From: Thermoplasmatota archaeon | GTDB lineage: Archaea; Thermoplasmatota; E2; JACPAO01; JAHFTW01 | Length of the DNA: 64,000 nt | Reading direction: 5' to 3' | NCBI GenBank assembly: GCA_041601615.1 | Contig: JBFIHX010000006.1 | Coordinates: forward strand, 1 to 64,000 | Shown: positions 59,099-64,000 of the stretch, piece after piece | How the letters are laid out: each line of letters begins with the position of its first letter | Position numbering within the stretch: position 1 is the first letter of the stretch | Notes under the pieces: model-generated | Seen by the model: only the letters and a program-made list of their open reading frames with translations | Told to the model about the DNA's origin: nothing | Databases searched by the model: none | Program-made: the position numbers and the translations under genes

Positions 59099-59605
59099 AT
59101 GCGCACTGCGTCCATTCTCACTGCAAGCTTCTTGATCGCCATCGCTGCGTTTTCGTCCCCGGTAAGTGCAGCCAGCAACACGCCGGACGTCTGCGCCGCC
59201 GATGCCATGGTCCCCTGCGAGGCCCTGTGCAATGCCGAGGCTACACTTTGTGACCCCGTCATGTTTGCCGCCCAAGCCATCGCCGACAACGGCGGATGGG
59301 TCTTCGACGCGGCCTCCTCCAGCGCCGACGACCTGCTGAACCAAGCTTGCGCCCAAGCCAACGCTGCTGCGTCCTGCGATGGACTCAAGGCTCAATTCTG
59401 GGGCGCCTGCGCGTCCACCTCGGAACGCCTCGGCAGCACTGGCGATGATGCTTGCGAACCCCTTGGTTCCTGGAAGGGCTGGGTTGCCCTGGGTTGCACC
59501 CTCGTCGGTGTGGGCATCATCATCGGCACTGGTGGATCCCCCGGCGGCTTCCTGCTTGGCGGCTCGATCATGGGCTGGTGCTTTGCCATCATCTCGGTTC
59601 TCTAA
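59099..59605 (+). CDS. Secreted Cys-rich protein with Gly-rich hydrophobic C-terminus (archaeocin-like)
   Basis: Signal peptide ending VSA; 10 Cys; C-terminal ALGCTLVGVGIIIGTGGSPGGFLLGGSIMGWC. Confidence 0.65.
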   Translation: MRTASILTASFLIAIAAFSSPVSAASNTPDVCAADAMVPCEALCNAEATLCDPVMFAAQAIADNGGWVFDAASSSADDLLNQACAQANAAASCDGLKAQFWGACASTSERLGSTGDDACEPLGSWKGWVALGCTLVGVGIIIGTGGSPGGFLLGGSIMGWCFAIISVL

Positions 59606-59827
59606 GCCCCCGATGCATGGGATCTGGTGCTTGTCTCTTGAGGCAATTCCTTCTCCAATTCCTTCTCCTTTCCGATTTCTCATACCTTGTTGACGCTGCT
59701 TGCGAGACCTCTTCATGTTCAACTGAGCGCCCCGCTCCATTGGTCCATTCGGTGGCGCCTGGGATCTGTTTTGGATGTGTGGGAACCGCCCGCAAGAGAC
59801 CAAATGGCGTCGGCCAATTGTGTTGCT

Positions 59828-60076
59828 ATGCGCGCAATCCAAGTGGCCGCCCTCGTAGCCATGCTCGTCTTCTCGCTCCTGGTTCTCCCAGGCACCGCCT
59901 CTGCGGCTCCTTGTCAGGGCCCCAACGAATCGGTGTACGACGACATTCAAGACACTCGCAACGGCAATGTGCAGTGTGGCAGCCTGACCAATCCATGCTT
60001 CCTCGATGGTTCCAGTTGCTACGGTTGCGGCCCCGACGTCCTAGAATGGATTATTGGCCCCATCTACTGCGTCTAG
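59828..60076 (+). CDS. Secreted 6-Cys peptide (paralog 1)
   Basis: Signal peptide ending ASA; mature APCQGPN...CGSL..PCF...WIIGPIYCV. Confidence 0.8.
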   Translation: MRAIQVAALVAMLVFSLLVLPGTASAAPCQGPNESVYDDIQDTRNGNVQCGSLTNPCFLDGSSCYGCGPDVLEWIIGPIYCV

Positions 60077-60175
60077 GCACGGATTCCTCGTAGCAACCAG
60101 AGAAACGGTCGGCGCCCATTCGCTAGATGGGTTCCGTTGCAGTGGAGCCATAAATGGTCCGCCAAATCGGCTCGT

Positions 60176-60430
60176 ATGCGCGCCTTGCTCGCTGCGACCC
60201 TCGTCGCATCTCTGACCCTAGCCCTACTCTCCATGCCCCTGAGCGCCTCTGCGGCGCCTTGCCAAGGACCCAATCAAGTCATCGTGGATGATGTCCGCGA
60301 CACCCTGAACGGCGACGTGGAGTGTGGCAGTCTCAGCGAGCCTTGCTTCATGTACAGCACCTGCCCGCGCAGCTGCGGCGGTGGCCCAGACAGCATCTTC
60401 ACGTGGATCATCGGTCCGATTTACTGCTAG
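60176..60430 (+). CDS. Secreted 6-Cys peptide (paralog 2)
   Basis: Signal peptide ending ASA; mature APCQGPN...CGSL..PCF...WIIGPIYC. Confidence 0.8.
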   Translation: MRALLAATLVASLTLALLSMPLSASAAPCQGPNQVIVDDVRDTLNGDVECGSLSEPCFMYSTCPRSCGGGPDSIFTWIIGPIYC

Positions 60431-60468
60431 CTACCTAGCCTGACCCCAGTGCTTGCGGCAGGATTGGC

Positions 60469-60882
60469 TTAGCTGCGTGGAGAGGTATCCTGCCAGCACG
60501 CCATGATGTTGCCGCCGGGCGCTTCGAACGTCAGCATCTTGCCCATTTCAGGAATTTCTTGAACGGGGCTGATGATTTTTCCTCCGTTTTTCTCGATGCT
60601 TGCTTGGGCCGCTTTGATGTCGGCCACACCGATGTAGTTGGCAACGGATGGTCCTCGTTCGGCTTTGTCCACGGGGCGAATGCCTCCGACCATGTTGCCT
60701 TGGCCGTCTCGAACGAACGTGTAGGGCGGCGTGCCGGCGGCGGCGGGGGCGTCCTCGAATTTCCAGTGGAAGGTGTTCTGGAAGAAGGTGCGCGTGGCGT
60801 GCACGTCCTTCGTTGCCAGCTCCGTGTGGACGATGGTGTTGAGCATGTTCTTTGCGGGTGCGGTGGTAGCTGTTGTGGCCAT
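60469..60882 (-). CDS. VOC/glyoxalase-family protein
   Basis: IVHTEL, FFQNTFHWKF, YIGVADI, IEKNGGKII, APGGN. Confidence 0.88.
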   Translation of the reverse strand: MATTATTAPAKNMLNTIVHTELATKDVHATRTFFQNTFHWKFEDAPAAAGTPPYTFVRDGQGNMVGGIRPVDKAERGPSVANYIGVADIKAAQASIEKNGGKIISPVQEIPEMGKMLTFEAPGGNIMACWQDTSPRS

Positions 60883-60954
60883 GGTCGTGCCTCGAACCTA
60901 CGGCACTTCGACTCGGGCATGGCTGTTTGGCAAAACCGTGGCGGGCACGGCCCA

Positions 60955-61449
60955 CTAGGGATCGGGAGGCGCGAGGTCCAGCACGGCGATGCGTCCGTCC
61001 ACGGCGTCTCCTTCTTTGGCGTGGATGGCGGCAATGGTGCCGTCTGCGGCCGCCTTGATTTCGTTGCGCATTTTCATCGCTTCCAAGACGAACAAGACGT
61101 CTCCGGCGGCGACCTCTTGGCCGACCGTGACGAGGATTTTGTCAAGTTTTCCGGTCATGGGCGGACGGATGGGGCCGTACACGCCGGCGGTGCTGTCGGC
61201 GGCTCCTGCAACTCCTTGCAGCGAGCGGATGCGGTAGGGGGCCAGGTTGCCGTCGATGCGGGCGGTCTGCGTGCTGATTTCGTCGAAGATGTGCATCGTG
61301 CCGTCGATGCTGACCACGGTTCCGGGGCCGTCGCGGTGGACGTGGACGCGGTAGGTGTGGCCGTCGACTTCGGCGGTCCAGCGGCCGTCGTCGCCTTCGT
61401 CCAGCGTGACCTCGTGCGTGTGGCCGTCCAGATCCAATGTGACTTTCAT
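60955..61449 (-). CDS. Biotin carboxyl carrier protein
   Basis: PPMTGK, EAMKM biotinylation motif. Confidence 0.93.
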   Translation of the reverse strand: MKVTLDLDGHTHEVTLDEGDDGRWTAEVDGHTYRVHVHRDGPGTVVSIDGTMHIFDEISTQTARIDGNLAPYRIRSLQGVAGAADSTAGVYGPIRPPMTGKLDKILVTVGQEVAAGDVLFVLEAMKMRNEIKAAADGTIAAIHAKEGDAVDGRIAVLDLAPPDP

Positions 61450-62948
61450 GCGCCCCTCCAGTCGCGGGTGCCGCCGCTTGGTGCTAGGAGCGGGGGCATT
61501 TGTTGCGCAAGGTGGGCGCCTGCGAGGCCTCCACCGGGTCGGACACGCAGGGCGGCGACGAGGGCGGCGGCGCGGCGGCGGGACGCTTCATCGGCGTCGG
61601 TGCCAGATGCTTGCATGACGTCGTGTTCTTCCAGGAACCTGGTGCTGAGGTCGCCGCAGCGGAAGGACTCGTGGGCAAAGAGCGCCTTGTGGAAGTCTTG
61701 GTTCGTCACGAAGCCGTCCAATGCGAGTTCGCCTAGCGCTTCTTGCATGCGCGCGATGTTTTGTTCGCGGTCGGGGGCGGTGCTGATGAGTTTGAGCACC
61801 ATTGAGTCGTAGACGGCGGGCACGGTCCAGCCTTCGTAGAGGCCGACGTCCGTGCGCACCCCTTCCATGTGCGGTTGGCGAAGGCGGCGGACGGTGCCGG
61901 GGCTCGGCCGGAAGTCGTTGCGAGGGTCCTCGGCGTTGATGCGACACTCAAAGGCATGGCCGCGAAGGACCACGTCTTTTTGCGCAAAGTCGAGGGGTTC
62001 GCCTGCTGCGACGCGGATTTGCCATTGCACAAGGTCGATGCCGGTGACCAGTTCGGTGACCGGGTGTTCCACTTGCAATCGCGTGTTCATTTCGTTGAAG
62101 AAGAACTCGCCGTCTTCGTACAGGAATTCTAGGGTGCCGGCGTTGGTGTAGCCGACGTGCTTGGCTAGTGCCACTGCCTTGGCGCCGATCATTTCCCGGT
62201 CGGCGTCCGAGAGGGCAGGGCTTGGCGCTTCTTCGACCAGTTTCTGGTGGCGCCGCTGGATGCTGCATTCGCGCTCAAAGAGATGCACCACGTTGCCGTG
62301 TTCGTCTCCGAGCACCTGCACTTCGATGTGGCGGGGGCGTTGGATGAACTTCTCCATGAACACATCCGGCACGCCGAACGCGCTCTGGGCTTGCTTGGTG
62401 GCGGAGTCGAAGTCGGATTGGATGGTTTTGGCGGATCGCACGATGCGCATGCCGATGCCGCCACCGCCAGCACTCGCCTTGAGCATCACCGGGTAGCCGA
62501 TTTTGTCCGCTTCCTTGGCCGCTTCCTCGCCGTCGCGCAATGCCTCGGTGCCGGGGGCCACGGGAACGCCCGATGCGACGGCGTTGGCGCGTGCGTTCAC
62601 TTTGTCGCCCATTTTGTCCATGGCTTCGGGGCTGGGGCCGATCCATCGGAGGCCCGCTTCGCGCACCTTGCGGGCAAATTCGGCATTCTCGGACAAGAAA
62701 CCGTACCCCGGGTGGATCGCTTCGGCGCCGGTTTGGGCTGCCGCTTCGAGGATGCGGTCTTGGCGAAGATAGGACTCTGTGCTCGGGGCCGCGCCGAGGC
62801 GGACCGCTTCGTCGGCCATGCGCACATGCAAGGCTTTGGCGTCCGCGTCGCTGTAGACCGCCACTGTGCCGACGCCAAGGGCACGGCAAGCGCGAATCAC
62901 ACGGACGGCAATCTCGCCGCGGTTGGCTATGAGGACCTTCCCGAACAC
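61446..62948 (-). CDS. accC: Biotin carboxylase
   Basis: ANRGEIA, HPGYGFLSEN, ERECSIQRRHQK, EMNTRLQVEHPVTE. Confidence 0.95.
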   Translation of the reverse strand: MFGKVLIANRGEIAVRVIRACRALGVGTVAVYSDADAKALHVRMADEAVRLGAAPSTESYLRQDRILEAAAQTGAEAIHPGYGFLSENAEFARKVREAGLRWIGPSPEAMDKMGDKVNARANAVASGVPVAPGTEALRDGEEAAKEADKIGYPVMLKASAGGGGIGMRIVRSAKTIQSDFDSATKQAQSAFGVPDVFMEKFIQRPRHIEVQVLGDEHGNVVHLFERECSIQRRHQKLVEEAPSPALSDADREMIGAKAVALAKHVGYTNAGTLEFLYEDGEFFFNEMNTRLQVEHPVTELVTGIDLVQWQIRVAAGEPLDFAQKDVVLRGHAFECRINAEDPRNDFRPSPGTVRRLRQPHMEGVRTDVGLYEGWTVPAVYDSMVLKLISTAPDREQNIARMQEALGELALDGFVTNQDFHKALFAHESFRCGDLSTRFLEEHDVMQASGTDADEASRRRAAALVAALRVRPGGGLAGAHLAQQMPPLLAPSGGTRDWRGA

Positions 62949-63046
62949 CTACCTTCGGCACAGGGGCGGGCCTATAAGCGCCTGCGGTCCGGAACGTGTC
63001 CCCGCGACGCTGGTGCGTGGGGTTCGAGGGGGTTCGTGGGGCGGTG

Positions 63047-64000
63047 CTAGGCTTTCTTGCGCCGCAGTGCATCCTCGATGAGCTTGATGCGGTGCTTGGG
63101 TGCCTTCAGAACGTGGTGCAGGGCCTCGCCAAGATCATCCACGAGCACGATTTCGATGCGTCCCCGGTAGCGGTGTTCCAGGAGGATGTCGTTCTCGTTG
63201 GCCTTGGGCAAAACAGCGGTTTTGTAGCCCACGTCGCTGGCGGCTTCGATCATTTGCGTGACGCCTTCCACGTGGCGCAAGCGGCCGCTCACGGCAAGTG
63301 CACCAATGATGACGGTGTCTTGTCGCACGGGCAGGTCTTCGAGGCTGCTGATGCAGGCGATGGCGGTGGCGGCTCCGAGGCTGTCCACGGTGGCGCCTTC
63401 TTGCTGCAGGAGGCTTTGGACGTGGATGTCGATGCCGGCCATGTCGTGGCCGCGCAGGCGCTTGACCATGGCGCTTACGTTGTCTCGGAGGGTGGCGCTG
63501 TGTTCGAGTCCGCCGCCCATGAAGAGGCCTCCACGGTGCCGGTCGCTGCTGATGGTGGAGTCGGATTCCACGGGCACCACGAGGCCTGCGGGTTCGCCGG
63601 TTTCGCCGGTTCCAAGGTAGCTGGCGCCGGTTGCGGTGCCGATGATGGCGCCGTCGGTTTGCATTGCTTCGCGGGCGGTGGTGACTTCGATGCCGCGCCG
63701 GGTGACTTGGTATTCGAGGCTCATGCTCATGTGCTTGGCGCGCAGCACGTCGTCGACGGTGGTGTGTTGGTTACCGGCGTCGTGGGCAAGATCTCCTGCG
63801 GTGCGCACGAGGCCACCGAGTTCACGAAGGCGCAGGGTCAGTTTGCCGCTGTGGCCGCTGCGGCGTTGGGCTTCGCGGATGATTTCGGCAACCGCTGCGG
63901 GCTCGAAGTGGGGAATGGTGCCGTCGCGGCGTACTTCTTGGGCCACGAACCGCACGAGTTTGTGTCGGTTTTCGTCGGTGTCTTCCATGACTGCACGCAC
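63047..64000 (-). CDS. Archaeal LonB-family protein, C-terminal part (5' end outside window); probably proteolytically inactive
   Basis: FVAQEVRRDGTIPHF, LTLRLRELGGLVR, PVRQD; the dyad Lys position reads VTQMIEAA. Confidence 0.85.
   Translation of the reverse strand: MRAVMEDTDENRHKLVRFVAQEVRRDGTIPHFEPAAVAEIIREAQRRSGHSGKLTLRLRELGGLVRTAGDLAHDAGNQHTTVDDVLRAKHMSMSLEYQVTRRGIEVTTAREAMQTDGAIIGTATGASYLGTGETGEPAGLVVPVESDSTISSDRHRGGLFMGGGLEHSATLRDNVSAMVKRLRGHDMAGIDIHVQSLLQQEGATVDSLGAATAIACISSLEDLPVRQDTVIIGALAVSGRLRHVEGVTQMIEAASDVGYKTAVLPKANENDILLEHRYRGRIEIVLVDDLGEALHHVLKAPKHRIKLIEDALRRKKA

Noticed and set aside
59644-59667. 12-bp tandem CAATTCCTTCTC x2
   Set aside because: Too short and isolated to assign a function
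1-64000. tRNA, rRNA, transposase or integrase genes, and additional attC sites
   Set aside because: None recognised by eye; short C/D sRNAs or degenerate sites could have been missed

Overview
GC-rich archaeal chromosomal segment. Nop5/fibrillarin, LonB, a GPT/AglH-like transferase, TATA-type promoters and PGF-CTERM-like anchors point to Archaea; Thermoplasmatota-like is an inference. Left to right: a 5'-truncated RelE toxin followed by a canonical-looking integron attC site; small bacterial-type stress genes; a complete trp operon (trpE-G-D-orfX-C/F fusion-B-A) with a duplicated trpA 3' end; PPDK; a ~15-kb surface-glycan locus; lipoprotein paralogs; nop5 with an RGG/GAR-like tail plus fibrillarin; a heme c/heme b membrane protein paired with a two-domain multicopper oxidase; a three-gene putative cytoskeletal operon (volactin-like actin, CdpA-like membrane protein, 19x20-aa repeat protein); an MNT-HEPN pair; acyl-CoA carboxylase genes interrupted by three secreted Cys-rich peptide genes; and a LonB lacking its catalytic Lys. 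All family calls come from motif recognition by eye, with no database searches.
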